Source: Octopus vulgaris
Lineage: Eukaryota
Reading direction: 5' to 3'
NCBI GenBank assembly: GCA_951406725.2
Contig: OX597825.1
Coordinates: 68,820,001 to 68,884,000 of the forward strand
DNA: 64,000 bases
Under the pieces are notes generated by a model that was given only the letters and a program-made list of their open reading frames with translations, searched no databases and had not been told where the DNA came from. A program made the translations under genes and the position numbers. Each line of letters begins with the position of its first letter. Position 1 is the first letter of the stretch. This document shows, one piece after another, positions 14,835 to 32,730 of the stretch.

Positions 14835-16195
14835 ATATATGTATATATCACTTCAAACAAGGACAGAAATATTCAGAATTAAGACTGATTTTACCTGTGC
14901 ATATGAAAACTGAATCTATGTGATAACTAGTTCAGGATGTGGACACAGCTATATAGATCAAACAAGGATTTCCCTCGGACGGAGAACAGCACTTCATAAG
15001 GGACAGAACCATTTACCAAGGCACATAAAGAGATGTGCGGAAGGAATCTCCAACCAAACTTCATCCTTTTTCCCCACCCCATTTACTAATGCAAGGCAAA
15101 TGAGAAAAAATAACGATTGAGTAAAGATAATATATTTATTGAAAAATACAAACCCCATCTGAGTATAAATACATAACCAATTTTGGATTTTGTAAATATT
15201 TTAATTCATAAATTCATATCTTTGTGATATAGATACTATCATCCTGAAAAAAAAACAGAACAAAATTGAGTACCTTCTCTTAGATATATTTAGCTTCTGG
15301 TTCATTTACAAAACATCGTTAGGAGTTACAAAATTGTACATGTAGTAGAAAACATGTAAGACATCTATCAGAAATTCTTCATACAGAGAATCAAATAATA
15401 CAAAATTTACATTTCGATAAAGCGTTTATATATAGTTAGTAATCAAGAACCCTTTAGATAATTAGAGGGGAGAAAACCATATGACGAGTATAGAAGAGAG
15501 AGAAAGAGAGATAGAGGGAGAGAGAGAGAGAGTGAGAGAGAGAGAGAAAGAGAACTAGAAAATTAAATAATAAATGTACACAAATCACAATTATGCATAT
15601 GCACACACGTACACACGCACACACATCTATATATGTATTCACATGCTGCCTATATGCATGTTTGTTTAAACGATCAGCGTATTGCATTTACGGCAAAAAC
15701 AGACAGGAACCCTGAGAGATTCTATACCAAATTTCACTAACAAGACATTTAAATCCCGTGGCTATGACTGAATGCAGTTTCTCACTTGTCCCAAATCGCT
15801 GCTTATTGCAATGAGGAATGGAACTTGAAACTCCATAGTTACACATAATTACACAAAGTTAACTTTTTGGTCACGCAGCCTTTAATTCTTACAAAATATA
15901 TAAAATGAATAAATACAGGCGTGTTCCTAAATTGGAAATAAAAACAAAAATTGATGATAAATCTAAGCAGCAAAAAAAAAAAGTCCGAAAGAGTTGAATT
16001 CCAACTTGTTAAGGAGGTAATCCGATGATATATTGCAAAAATGGTTAGAAGAGATGAAGCGAAATTCAAAGTCACTTTAGCAGAACGATCTCATAAGAAA
16101 TCAACTAGACAGCATGTAACCGATACACTTCACATTGGAGTATATTGTATGTGATCTCTGATATTATGCATACATGTACATTTATATACATATAG

Positions 16196-16267
<72 letters not shown>

Positions 16268-16487
16268 GTATATGTATATGTATATATACATATACATATA
16301 CATATATACATATATATATATATACATATATTTATATATATTTACATATATATGTATTATGTATCTATGTATGTGTATGTATGTTTGTATGTGTGTGTAT
16401 GTGCGTGCTTGTGCGATGGTGTGTATGTTTGTATTTGTGTGTATGTGTACGTGCTTGTGCGATGGTGTGTATGTATGTGTTTGTGTA

Positions 16488-16540
<53 letters not shown>

Positions 16541-16842
16541 TCTGAATTCAGCTAATCCACCAAATTTTTTTTTAGACAGGACTTGCTTTTTTTCATTAAA
16601 GATTTTCCCCTCATGTTTTCTTTTATTATTTCTTTCAAATAAATATAATTTTTCATTGCGAAACGATTCTTCTACTTATTCTTCGCTTTTTTTTTTTTTG
16701 TGTTATACTAAAATTTCAACAAATAAATTTCTTTGAAATACAAGTGAAAGAAGAAGTCGAAAAACAAATATTTATTTTATCATTGTTTGTTTATTTTTTT
16801 CTTCTTGTCTCCCGGTTCTAGTTAAGAAATCAGCAGATCATA

Positions 16843-16935
<93 letters not shown>

Positions 16936-17733
16936 TATAATAATAAAAGCAACAAGAAAACAGAATACAAAAAAAAAAAAACGATAAATCAACAGAATTT
17001 TTTTCCCCCGACTTTTATGCAATAGTAAATTAATGATTCGTTTCGCTGAACAAATATCCTCTGCCATTTTCCTGTACAGGTTTTGTGTTTTCTTTTGTTC
17101 TATCAGAATCTTTTATGTCCTACATTTGAATAAACAATGAACACATTTCATTTGTTTGATTTTTATCCTCAGACTCATTATTCTATGTTAATATATATAT
17201 TTTTTTTACTTTATCACAATACATTTATTAGTTGAAGTTTGGAAAGACTTATGCATCTAGTTTTCTTCATATTTTTTCCTGTTCATCAAAAATTGCTTTT
17301 AAAGATATATTTGTTTCGTATTGTATTAGGATTTTGTCTCGGTTATTTTGTTATTCTTTCCCCTTTTTTCTTTTTCTTTTATTCCGAAGAAATCAAACGG
17401 AAATTCTAGTTAAAGTAACTGCGAAATATACGAGGTTAATCGGTTCACATTACTTTCTATATATTACACGATTAACCATTTCTCCTACACATGGTATTTT
17501 AAAGTGTTTTATTTGAACTTTTGAAGTCAATTTTAACTGAACTAATTTACATAAACTATAGCGAATGAAAGGCAAATACACATCACAGACATATTAACAC
17601 ACAGGGATGTATACAGAAATACGCATACATGAAAGATGGCCGACATCCATATACAGGGAATAGAGTTTAATGATGTCTATATTTACTGACCTATTTACAT
17701 ATATATATATACTAATATATGTTTTATAACACG

Positions 17734-17794
<61 letters not shown>

Positions 17795-17902
17795 ACAAGT
17801 AGATGTGTATATTTATATACTTTATGCTTATAAAAATTTGTATGTATACATATGTATGTTTATAGAAATCTGTATATAATTCATTTTATCTATCTATCTA
17901 TC

Positions 17903-17964
<62 letters not shown>

Positions 17965-17994
17965 ATATATGTATCTATCTATCTGTCTTATTTT

Positions 17995-18217
17995 TTTATT
18001 ACCCACAAGGGGCTAAACATAGAGGGGACAAACAAGGACAGACAAACGGATTAAGTCGATTACAACGTCCCCAGTGTGCAGCTGATACTTAATTTATCGA
18101 CCCCGAAAGGATGAAAGGCAATGTCGACCTCGGCGGAATTTGAACTCAGAACGTAACGGCAGACGAAATACTGCTAAGCATTTCGTGCTAAGCGCGCTAA
18201 TGTTTCTGCCAGCTCGC

Positions 18218-18219
<2 letters not shown>
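17995..18219 (-). mobile_element. SINE family A within a (TCTA)n tract
   Basis: Full reverse-complement copy flanked by (CTAT)n. Confidence 0.85.
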
Positions 18220-18299
<80 letters not shown>

Positions 18300-18567
18300 G
18301 CGTATCTATTTGTCAGTCTGCCTGTCATTTTTGTCTCTGTTTCTACACCCACATACATATTATACTTATATACATATACATACTTACATCCACACGCACG
18401 CACACACACGCACACAAATACGCAAACACACACATATATGAATTTATATACATGTACACACATATATTTTGATATCAACAAATCGATTAACAAGCCTCTG
18501 ATAGGGGTCACTGAGTATATATTCCACTACACATTCTTGTTTACAAACGCAATATAATTTGTGCATA

Positions 18568-18693
<126 letters not shown>

Positions 18694-18830
18694 CATACAT
18701 ATGTATACACAATTGTATATCTTGCCATTATAAATATGATAAAAACTAGAAGCATTGGGAAGTTTAACGCAATCTCTCACCTGACACCTACACGTAAACA
18801 TGCGCACGCCTACGCGCACAGACATATACA

Positions 18831-18888
<58 letters not shown>

Positions 18889-19003
18889 TGTCTATGTATA
18901 TATACACACATATAAATATACATACATATATGTTTCTATATATGTATGTATGTATCTATCTATATATATATATACATACATACACACACACACATATATG
19001 TAC

Positions 19004-19041
<38 letters not shown>

Positions 19042-19426
19042 TGTATGTATGTATATATACATGTGAATATTATCAAGCTCTATTGGGCGCAAAGTCATTG
19101 AGTTGTTTACTTACCAAATGAAATTGATGGAAATTCGTTTCTCCATAAGAAACTTAACGCTGGAAGAAAAAAAAGGGATTAAATTCTAGATAGGCACATT
19201 AGCATTAGAAGTATTAATCGCTTTATATATATATACACACATATATATATATATAATCTATATAACATATATAAAATATATGTGTATATATGAATACATA
19301 TGAAGATATATATGTATATACATCAGAATATATGAATATGTATGTACATAAATATATATATATATACATATATGAGTATAAAATATATAGTATGATATTA
19401 TGTATATATATGAATATATATATGCA

Positions 19427-19541
<115 letters not shown>

Positions 19542-19777
19542 TTTACACACACATATCCTTTATGTATTAAGTGCATTAAGTGCAAATATCTATCTCATTC
19601 GTTAAAACATTCTCAAGTTCCTTTTTATCCTTTTACGCACATACGTACAAACTGCTATGTATGTATGTATGTATGTATGTATGTATGTATGTATGTATGT
19701 ATGTATGTATGTATATATGTGTATATATATATACATAGATATGTCTGTATATATGTTTTGTATAATTATATGAAAAA

Positions 19778-19938
19778 CGGGCGTAGGTGTGGCTGTGTGG
19801 TAAGTAGCTTGCTTTCGAACCACACGGTTTCGGGTTCAGTCCCACTGCGTGGCACCTTGGGCAAGTGTCTTCTGCTATAGCCTAGGGCCGACCAAATCCT
19901 TGTGGATTTGGTTGACAGAAACTGAAGAAAGTCCGTCG

Positions 19939-19971
<33 letters not shown>

Positions 19972-20205
19972 CTGTCGTATATATGTATATATATATATGT
20001 ATGTGTGTATCTGTGTTTGTCCCCCCAACATCGCTTGACAATCGATGCTGGTGTGTTTATGTCTCAGTAACTTAGCGTTTCGGCAAAAGAGACCGATAGA
20101 ATAAGTACTAGGCTTACAAAGAATAAGTGGTGGGGTGGATTTGCTCGACTACAGACGGTGCTCCAGCATGGCAACAGTAAAATGACTGAAACAAGTAAAA
20201 GAGTA
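19778..20205 (+). mobile_element. SINE family B, full length
   Basis: tRNA-like head GGCGTAGGTGTGGCTGTGTGG...GGGTTCAGTCCC, then CCTTGGGCAAGT, an internal microsatellite and an AAGTAAAAGAG tail. Confidence 0.9.
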
Positions 20206-20221
20206 TATCAGTATAGATGTA

Positions 20222-20317
<96 letters not shown>

Positions 20318-21133
20318 CATACATACATAAATCTATTCATGTGCGTATAAAAAATAAACGTATATAGATAGATAGACAGATAGATAGATAGACACACACA
20401 AACACACACACACACACATATATAATATCATGTATTATATGTATTTGCAGATACGTGTGTGTGTGTGTGTGTGTGCGAATGTGTGTATATATTTATATGT
20501 CTAGGAAGGTTACATATATACACATACACGTATACACATACACTCACGCATACACACACATACACACAGACAAACACAGACACACACATACATATACCCA
20601 CGCACATAGAGACCTTGAATAAGGAGGGCATGTCACTGAAGAACTGAAGAGATTGCAAATGCCGATGAAAAGGCCCCGATGCGCCAGCCGCTCGAACCAG
20701 TTATCGAACAGTTAGTCAAGTAATAAATTACGTAATTGGTCAGTTAAATGACTAATAAATGTTCCTGCAATATAACCACTGCCCCGTGCGCTTTGACTGC
20801 ATGGAAACCCCAAGATTCTGTACGCGTTTTCATATAATTAAAGAGTTCACTTGCAACTACGAGCTCAGCACTTCCCTTCCATTGCGTGCCCTGTTATTGG
20901 AATATCATTTTCTGTTCACTAGTGTTCAGCTGCACCTTTATTTTTAATCGTTTATCTTTTCCTTGTTCTTGATTTTGTACTGTAGCCATGGATTGCAGCC
21001 ATAGTTGGGGTTCTGTCTTGAAGGGGCCTAGTTGATCAAATCGTTTCTGTACTTATCTTTTATGTTTGGACCTTATTCTGTCGGTGTCGTTTCCGCCCCA
21101 CTAAGAGAATCCATTACATTTGTCAAGAGGTGG

Positions 21134-23538
<2,405 letters not shown>

Positions 23539-25259
23539 ACATATATATAAAAAAATCAGTGGCGGGCAGAGTCTTCTTGATAATTTTAGTAACTTCTATG
23601 CTGAAGTAGAGACAACATGTTTTTGTCTATCTCCTTAACTTCTTGGAGATTTTAGGTATAATTATACTAATGTATCCATCGCTTCTAATTTAATTTAAAT
23701 TCTATGTTTTTGTGCAGCTGAAGATTGCTCTGCATTTTAAATTGATGTAATGATTGCATTGTTCAATTAAATGGAGTTGCATGAAACGATCGTACTGCAT
23801 TACCTCTGGATATCCTTGTTGCTTATTTTGATTTTAACCATCTTACTTTGAAATTGTATGGATAATACCATTGGATTGGTTTTTTATTATAAATCTGATC
23901 GCTCATAGTCGTCATAAAGGAGAAGCTATTCTCCTGTGAGTACAACAGCGAGATTAACATATTTGTGTTCGAATTTGAAGATAATATATGATTAAGTATG
24001 TAAATCATCGTATTTTAATATCTGCTTGAAATTACTTGGGGAGAAAAATCTCCATTTATACGCACACACATACATACACACACACAAACAGTCACAAAAC
24101 CGCAAACACAGACACACAGAGGCACACACAGTCACACACACGCACACACGCATACAAAATTGTTACTAAAACATTTTCTAAAATGTGAAGAATTCAGGTA
24201 CGTATTTATAATATAATGAACTGTTTCAATAGTTTTTGGGTCCTTCTGGCAATAAGTGCTTCTGCTACTGCTGCCAGGATTGTATTTGGCGATGCTGTGA
24301 ATGTATAAATTCTTCAATGACATTTGTTGTCAGTGGGTAAGCAATTGCTATTGAATGCTTAACTTAATAGAAAGCTCTTCCTATGAATATTCCGAACTGT
24401 AAAAATAATATATTACTTATACGTATTCTAAAACACCCAATCGATATTTCGTTCTCTGTTCAGCGTTATTGCTAATGTAAAGTTAGTGATTGAATTTGTA
24501 GCTGTGTACTTTAATATACATCGGTGAGTTCTGTGTCAATAGCGGGAATGTTTATTTAATGCCACTTCAATATCGTTCAGTTGTTACAACTCCGTGATGG
24601 ATCCTCCGTCGTTTATGACGATGATGAATATTGGGGTTGTCCGACCAAATCAACTGAACTACCAGACACGTTAACCCTTTAAGATTTAAACCGGTAATAG
24701 CTCTTACAAATGAAAGGCAGTAGACTGGCTGAATCGGTAGCACGCCGGATAATATACCTAATGACCTTTCGTCCATCTTTAGATTCTGAGTTCAAATTCC
24801 GTCGAGGTCGACTATGTCTTTTATCCTTTCGGCTTCAATAAAATAAGCATCAGTTGAGCACTGAGGTCGACCTTAGTGCTCAACTGAAGGAGGGAGGGGT
24901 AAGTGGACTTACCCCTCCCTCCGAAATATTCTACCTATTGCATGCTCAAGCTGCCCAAATGCTGGTCTCTGACTCCTTTATTACAATGTAATTCTAAGAG
25001 TAAGCAATCGTACCATCGATGTCTTGAAGCTATGAGATAACGCGCGATCATCAAAGTTCCCGAGATGGGGGTTCAATGGTTGCAAGTGTCCTTCATCAAA
25101 TTTTAGAAAACTATTTCAATACTTACCTGAAAAACCTCATCGCCCAAACGAACGAGCGTAGAAATATATTTGGACCTATTTGAAACATTAATTTTCTATT
25201 ATTGGCTTTATCTGATTTGATTGTTGTACAAATGTTCTTTTCTCCTCTAGGTTCAAGAC

Positions 25260-25800
25260 TACCAGTGTTCAATTGGTATTAATTTTATCGATCCCCTAAG
25301 AGGTTAAAGGCAAAGTCCTCATCGGCGGTATTTAACCTCAGAACGTAAAGAGCCAGAAGAAATGTTGCTAGGCGTAGGAGTGGCTGTGTGGCAAGTAGCT
25401 TGCTTACGAACCACATGGTTCCGGGTTCAGACCCACTGCATGGCACTTTGGGCAAGTGTCTTCTGCTATAGCCTCGGGCCGACCAAAGTCTTGTGAGTGG
25501 ATTTGGTAGACGGAAACTGAAAGAAGCCCGTCGAATATATGTATATATATATGTATGTGTGTGTCTGTGTTTGTCCCCCCCCAACATCGCTTGACAACCG
25601 ATGCTGGTCTGTTTACGTCCCCGTAACTTAGCGGTTCGGCAAGAGAGACCGATAGAATAAGTACTAGGATTACAAAGAATAAGTGCTGGGGTTGATTCGT
25701 TCGACTAAAGGCGGTGCTCCAGCATGGCCATAGTCAAATGACTGAAACAAGTAAAAGAGAAGGTATTTTGTCCGGCGTGCTAACAGTTCTGCCAGCTAGT
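25260..25800. mobile_element. SINE family B (+, 25369-25760) nested inside SINE family A (-)
   Basis: The family A sequence is interrupted at GCTA|AGG and resumes after the family B tail. Confidence 0.85.
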
Positions 25801-25989
25801 CATCTTTTTATTTTTAGTAGTAATGCAACCTAACAAGACAACATTGTTCAATATGACCTTTTTACAAAAATGGATGTAGCTTTGGAGGAAGCTTAGCTAT
25901 TTCTTCTAGCATGTTGACTGTCTAACGTTTTACTTCCACCTTAACTGTGTTTGCCGTTTCCCCGATTGAAACATTTGGTTTGAATATAC

Positions 25990-26209
25990 ATATTTCTTTA
26001 CTACCCACAAGGGGCTAAACACAGAGGGGACAAACAAGGACAGACACATGGATTAAGTCAATTATATCGACCCCAGTGCGTAACTGGTACTTATTTAATC
26101 GACCCCGAAAGGATGAAGGCAAAGTCGACCTCGGCGGAATTTGAACCCAGAACGTAACAACAGACAAAATACCGCTAAGCATTTCGTCCGGCGTACCAGC
26201 TCGCCGCCT
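25990..26209 (-). mobile_element. SINE family A
   Basis: Full reverse-complement copy. Confidence 0.88.
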
Positions 26210-26504
26210 TTGGTTTAAATATACAGCATTCGACAAAACATTAACGCTGCGTCTTCGAATTTCCATCCGTTACAAGTTAATGCCTTTAGTACATAGTAAA
26301 ACCCAACCAATATTTAAACAAACTGCACCTAAAGACGATGTTTCTAAAATATTTCATCATTGTAAGCTATTGGCTAATTGGCCGTTCATTTTGTCTTGCC
26401 AGGCATCGAATTATTTTTCGTTAGTGAAGTAAATTTAAATTGTTTGGAAAGAAGTATTTTTCATTTAATCTCGATGCATTTATTTAATTTAAAATTCTCT
26501 TCAC

Positions 26505-27070
26505 CTGTACTTATTTAATCGACCGCGAAAGAATGAAAGGCAAATCGACCCTGGCGATATTCGACCCCATAACTTAAAAAGGGACGAAATACCTATTTCT
26601 TTATTACCCACAAGGGGCTAAACACAGAGGGGACAAACAAGGACAGACATAGGTATTAAGTCGATTACATCGACCCCAGTGCGTAACTGGTACTTAATTT
26701 ATCGACCCCGAAAGGATGAAAGGCAAAGTCGACCTCGGCGGAATTTGAACTCAGAACGTAACGACAGACGAAATACCTATTTCTTTATTACCCACAAGGG
26801 GCTAAACACAGAAGGGACAAACAAGGACAGACATAGGTATTAAGTTGATTACATCGACCCCAGTGCGTAACTGGTACTTATTTAATCGACCCCCAAAGGA
26901 TGAAAGGCAAAGTCGACCTCGGCGGAATTTGAACTCACAACGTAACGCAGACGAAATACCGCGAAGCATTTCGTCCGGCGCGCTAACGTTTCTACCAGCA
27001 CGCCACCTTAAAGGGACGAAATACCGCTTGGCATTTTGTCCGGCGTGCTAAGGATTTTTTCAGTTTGACG
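26505..27070 (-). mobile_element. Tandem multimer of SINE family A
   Basis: Head at about 27008, then ~184-bp units joined at GAAATACCTATTTCTT (about 26586 and 26771). Confidence 0.88.
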
Positions 27071-27195
27071 CTTTATAAAGTCCTTAATATTCGTATGTAG
27101 TAATTAATTCGATCTGGCTGAATTTCTTCAGTATCTAAGCATTAATTAATTATATTATATTATCAAATTTTGGAAGGGAAGAGAGTGAGAAAGAA

Positions 27196-27230
<35 letters not shown>

Positions 27231-27415
27231 GAGATAGAATGAGAGAGAGAGTGAGGCAGACAAAGAAAATAGAGATGGAGAGAGAAAGAGGGAGAGAAAG
27301 AGGGAGAGAAAGAAAGTGAATAGAAAAATATTTAGGCAAAGAAAAAGGAAGGAAAGATATATGTTGAGAGCATTTACTTAGAGCACATTTTTTATTTCTT
27401 CATAACTCATTAGAC

Positions 27416-27446
<31 letters not shown>

Positions 27447-27534
27447 GAGATGTGGAGAGAGTGAGAAAGAGCGAAGTAACTTCAATTTATTCATATGTTA
27501 GTCTGAGTGCAGGCATTAAATATTGGTTTCAAAT

Positions 27535-27748
27535 TTCGGCACAAGGCCAGCAATTTCGGTAAAAGAGGCGGGGGGAAGTCAATTAGATTAACCCCAGTGC
27601 GTAACTGGTACTTATTTTATCGACCCCGAAAGGGTTAAAGGCAAAGTGGACTTCGGCGGAATTTGAACCCAGGACGTAACGGCGGAGAAAATGCCGCTAA
27701 GGATTTTTGCCCGGCGTGCTAACGATTCTGCCAGCCAGCTTCTCGCCT
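27535..27748 (-). mobile_element. SINE family A variant with CCTTGTGCC-type tail
   Basis: Family A head and body with the alternative 3' part AAATTGCTGGCCTTGTGCC. Confidence 0.8.
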
Positions 27749-29079
27749 TGTGGGCATTAAATATTAGTACTCAATGTAAAAGTCTGAAACGCGACTTGTA
27801 CGAGTAATATTCTATAAATTCAATTATGTACATTAACCCTGAAATTCTAACTTGTCAGTCTTCTATTCTTTGCATTTTTCTTATAGAAATATAACACCTC
27901 ACACTCTTTACAGCAACACTTTGCTATTATTTTCGAAATAAGTTAAAATTTCCTCAACATCCACTCAACACCTCCGAAAGAACAAAAAAACAAAAGAAAG
28001 CAAACAAAACAACAGCAACAACAACACCATACACCTGAATGGAATCAGAACCATAGCTTCAAAGTGTTATTATTGATTCCCAACGATGTCTTTTCACTCT
28101 GCGATAAAATAACTAGACGTTGGTATCTTTTCAAATATCGCCTCCATTTAAAGCTGACGAAGAATTTGACGCGTAATCCTCAAGTTAGATTCCTGAAAAG
28201 AGATATTGTCTTTATCGAGCGCTCCGGCTATTGTCGTATTTCACACAAGGTAATAATATCTAATACAGAGCACAGTGGATTCCATTATCGTGCTACCAAT
28301 GAAGCTAACATATTAAAATGAAAGCTTCTATAAAGTAGACATATAGTCATTCAATGACAAGTAATATATCATTATAAAGCCTTTTTTTTCTCCTGTTTTT
28401 TTTTTTTTTAATTTTTTTTTCCCCTTCAGATATTCATTTCACACATTTACGTTTATAACCACAGGCAGCGTTAGCAGCGCCGTTAATAGAAATGGTAGTA
28501 GTTGTAGTACCACCTGCCTGCACAGTCGTCCAGTCGCGGCAACCGTCATCACAGCGCTGTCATCACAGTCCAGTAACTAACAAAGCCAATACCATTATCA
28601 CTAAGTCGAGGGATTCTCTGTGTCTCCACTCCTCTTCCTCCTTCTCCCCCTCGTCTTTCCCCCCTCCTCTTCCTCCTCCTCATCGTCGTCGTCTTCCTCC
28701 TCCTTACTCCGACCACCTGATAACCAACAAAACTAATGCCATTACCACTACGACAAGGTTCTCTCTAATACCACCATCATCATCATCATCATAATCATCA
28801 TCATCATCATCATCATCATCAACATCCTACTCCTCCTCATCATCATCATCGTAGTCATTATTCTCCACCCCATCATCATCATCATCATCATCATATGGCT
28901 ACCGCCGCAGCGAACAACTAATAACAAAAAAAACAACAAAACAGTAATTACCAATCATCATTATCACCATTGTTTGCATTTCTTGATGCAATTGTTTAAC
29001 ATTTTAAACTAATTAACTAATCGATTATTTGATTAATCAGACAATCTATTAGTTAATTGGTTAAATGGCCAACCACTTG

Positions 29080-29120
<41 letters not shown>

Positions 29121-29189
29121 AAACAACAACAACAACAACAATAATAATAATAATAATAATAATAATGATGATAATAATGATGATGATGA

Positions 29190-29748
29190 TAAGTACCCTA
29201 ATGCAGTACCAGACAGTGGCTCACATGGCTTCTGATCTTAACTGATTGGAAGTGTTATCATGTACGTTGTTTTGTCTTGGTATAAAAGATGTGCTACAGC
29301 AAATATTCTGTTCAATACCACAGATTTGCTTGTCAGTTGTTTGACCTTAATCAGTTGAGCATGTCTCTTAGTGGCTGACGATATGTGCATCTCTGATCAC
29401 GAGCAGAAGTAGTGGGGGAGCATCATAGCCATGTGTTGAGAGGGATTCTTTGGGGTTTGAATAATTCACCTCTGGAAACATGGGTGGTTCTTTCAACATC
29501 CTTAAACAATCCTTAGCCAAGGACCTTTTGAGCGGGATGGGCTACTCGACAAGAAGAAAATTCTAACTGTGCCCCACCTGCAAGGTCATGAGCTGTTTAT
29601 CTTGATGTGAGATCACCATGTTGCGCGCATATGGTTGTGATGTATGTGCCTGGTGTACCCTTATCAGACGGGTATCATGATGGGTATACTGGGCTTCGTA
29701 TATTTTACCCTAGTGTCACATTGATGGCATGCACTGTTGTCTCACTCA
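29190..29748. mobile_element. ~550-bp interspersed repeat (family C) embedded in (AAT)n
   Basis: Highly similar to 63250-63796 with the same two ends. Both copies are flanked by (AAT)n on each side. Confidence 0.85.
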
Positions 29749-29820
29749 ATAATAATGATGATGATGATGATGATGATAATAATAATAATAATAATAATAA
29801 CGATAATAACAATAATAATA

Positions 29821-29915
<95 letters not shown>

Positions 29916-30047
29916 CCTTTCTACTGTAGGCACAAGGTCTGAAATTTGGGGACAAGGGATTGAGTCGATTACATCGACCCCAGTGTGTAATTTAATCGAC
30001 TCGAAATGCTGAAAGGCAAAGTCGAGCTCGGCGCCTTAATGATAATG

Positions 30048-30125
<78 letters not shown>

Positions 30126-31319
30126 CCTGAAATAGAAGCAATGAGCGAAGACCCTCTTGAGATACAACAAAATATGTTTTAATACACGAATTTACACGAA
30201 GAATCTTGCAACCAAAATACCAAAACGTGATATTTGAGCAATATTTTATTAAATGACTTTAGAGTAAATTCTATAAACAGAACGAATTTTCAGAGCAAGC
30301 ATTCAAACATGTGGAATAGAATCACAGATACAGCTAATACTAAACCTTTAACATGTTCTTTGAATTGGCGATTTCTTTGAATGTCGAACGAAGTGAGGAG
30401 GAAAAAAACCACAGAATCTACGCAACATAGAGGTTTTATCATTAATCCTTCCAATTATTGCAGATCTTTGTAATTAACCGACTTCAAAGACTTTTCACAA
30501 AGTTAATGATTTCCACACGCATCATATTCACTGCTGGCTCTATACCATAATTACAGTGTATTTTAAATCGAACAGTAAATTAGAGGATATTTCTCCAATG
30601 GAGACTGATATATTTGAAAATATAGGTTGTCAAAAATATTATGATACGCTGCTCAAGCTCAACAGATTTCTGTTGATTTGCAGGGAGAAGGTTAAATAAA
30701 ATATGTATATATATAATTTAGTAATGATATATAGTATTAAGCGAACTGAGGCGTTATACAGTTCATGAAGTGCTTTTATGGGTAATCACTTTGTTGAGAG
30801 CATTCTAGCCTGATCTCCGGTCAGAGGTTAATTTCTTCTCTCATCACTCACAAAGGCTCTAAACTGAAAAGAGTCATAATTAATGGCGGCTTCCCTTCCT
30901 CTTCCGGTGAAGCAAATGAAAATCATTACAATCCTCATTATTAAATGTATTGATCAGCAACATCTTTGTTTAGCATCTATTCTTTTCTTTTTTCTTCTCT
31001 AGTTTCAGCTCAGAGCTGTGGCCATGCTGATGCACCGCCGTTTTGCTATACTGTTATTACTAAGAGCCTCCTCTAATATGTGGCACTTGGTGAAGCATGG
31101 AGTTTGATATAGCTACCCTCATTTGCACTCTTGCCGTGAGGTAGGTTCATCTGGGACTCTCGATAGGAAGCGGTACAGCTTTGATTTAAAAACCCCTACA
31201 TCTACTTTGTGCAAGTTTCTCAGACTCTATGTGTAAAATGGGTACTGTATTGATGTTGGGATTATCGGAGTAAGTCGAGGAGTAATGTATAATTAAGAGA
31301 AATGATTTACCCGCTATAT

Positions 31320-31371
<52 letters not shown>

Positions 31372-31852
31372 GAGGCTCTGTATCCTAGTGTCTCCAAACG
31401 TAAACGAAGTATTCGTGATCTACCACCACCAACATGAGAGTTAATGACACTAAATGTATTATGCTTACAGAGGAGTCGATGACGCTTGTATAATTTTAGA
31501 CAAAAGCATTGTAGACAGAAACTATTTTTGATTTTCAGACTCACACAATTTTATAAGTATCATTATTTTTCAAAAATGAACCAATGAATCTGTGCTTTAT
31601 GATGAGCCAAGGAATGTAATTAAAGAAATACTTCCATGACTGCGATAATCTACCAAACAAAGAACCATTTTTATCAGAGATGTTTGCGTTTGTCCACTAA
31701 GAATATCAAAATGATAATTTCATGATTTCCGTACCACGGTGTTCCGTAATTACTATAATCTATTAAAGAGGAACGTAAAAGGTACAGTACAGTTTGATGA
31801 CTGCTATTGATTACCAAATAAGAATCGCATTAAGAATCACAAATAAGAATCA

Positions 31853-32016
31853 CAGGCGCAGGAGTGGCTGTGTGGTAAGTAGCTTGCTTGCCAACCACAT
31901 GGCTACGGGTTCAGTCCCACTGCATGGCACCTTGGGCAAGTGTCTTCTACTATAGCCTCGGGCAGACCAAAGCCTTGTGAGTAGATTTGGTAGACGGAAA
32001 CTGAAAGAATCCCGTC

Positions 32017-32096
<80 letters not shown>

Positions 32097-32252
32097 TGTG
32101 TATGTTTGTATGTCTATGATTGTCCCCAACGTCGCTTGACAACCGATGCTGGTGTGTTTACGTCCCCGTAACTTAGCGGCTCGACAAAAGCGAATGATAG
32201 AATAAGTACTAGGCTTACAAAGAATAAGTCCTAGGGTCAAATGACTGAAACA
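31853..32252 (+). mobile_element. SINE family B
   Basis: Full head and internal (TA)n(TG)n, with a 3' internal deletion. Confidence 0.88.
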
Positions 32253-32344
32253 CTTCAAAGAATTATGATGATTCCAACATTCCTATTTCTTACCCAAGAA
32301 TAATCACAAAGTTATTGTTCCAACGTTAATCTCGATTCCAAACG

Positions 32345-32730
32345 TTGGCACAAGGCCAGCAATTTCGAAGAAGGTGGTAAATCGATAACATCAATCCTAG
32401 TACTCAACTGGTTTTTATGTTATCGACCCCGAAAGGAGAAAGGCAAAGTCAACCTCTGCGGAATTTGAACTCAGAACGTAGCGGCAGACGAAATACCTAT
32501 TTCTCTACTACCCACAAGGGGCTAAGCACAGAGAGGACGAAAAAGGACAGACAAACGGATTAAGTCGATTATATCGACCCCAGTGCGTAACTGATACTTA
32601 ATTTATCGACCCCGAAAGGATGAAAGGCAAAGTCGACCTCGGCGGAATTTGAGCTTAGAACGTAAAGACGGACGAAATACCGCTAAGCGTTTTGCACGGA
32701 GTAACAACGATTCCACTAGCTCGATGCCTT
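32345..32730 (-). mobile_element. SINE family A dimer
   Basis: Two units joined at GAAATACCTATTTCT (about 32490). Confidence 0.85.

Noticed and set aside
24851-24886. 36-bp palindrome CAGTTGAGCACTGAGGTCGACCTTAGTGCTCAACTG
   Set aside because: A short local fold-back centred on a SINE GTCGAC site, with no evidence of function.
28036-28193. Possible minus-strand exon (TCTCTTTTCAG acceptor, CAG|GTGTAT donor)
   Set aside because: All three frames contain stops and the donor is weak.
28492-28794. 100-aa Pro/Ser-rich ORF
   Set aside because: Derived from degenerate (CCT)/(CAT) trinucleotide repeats.
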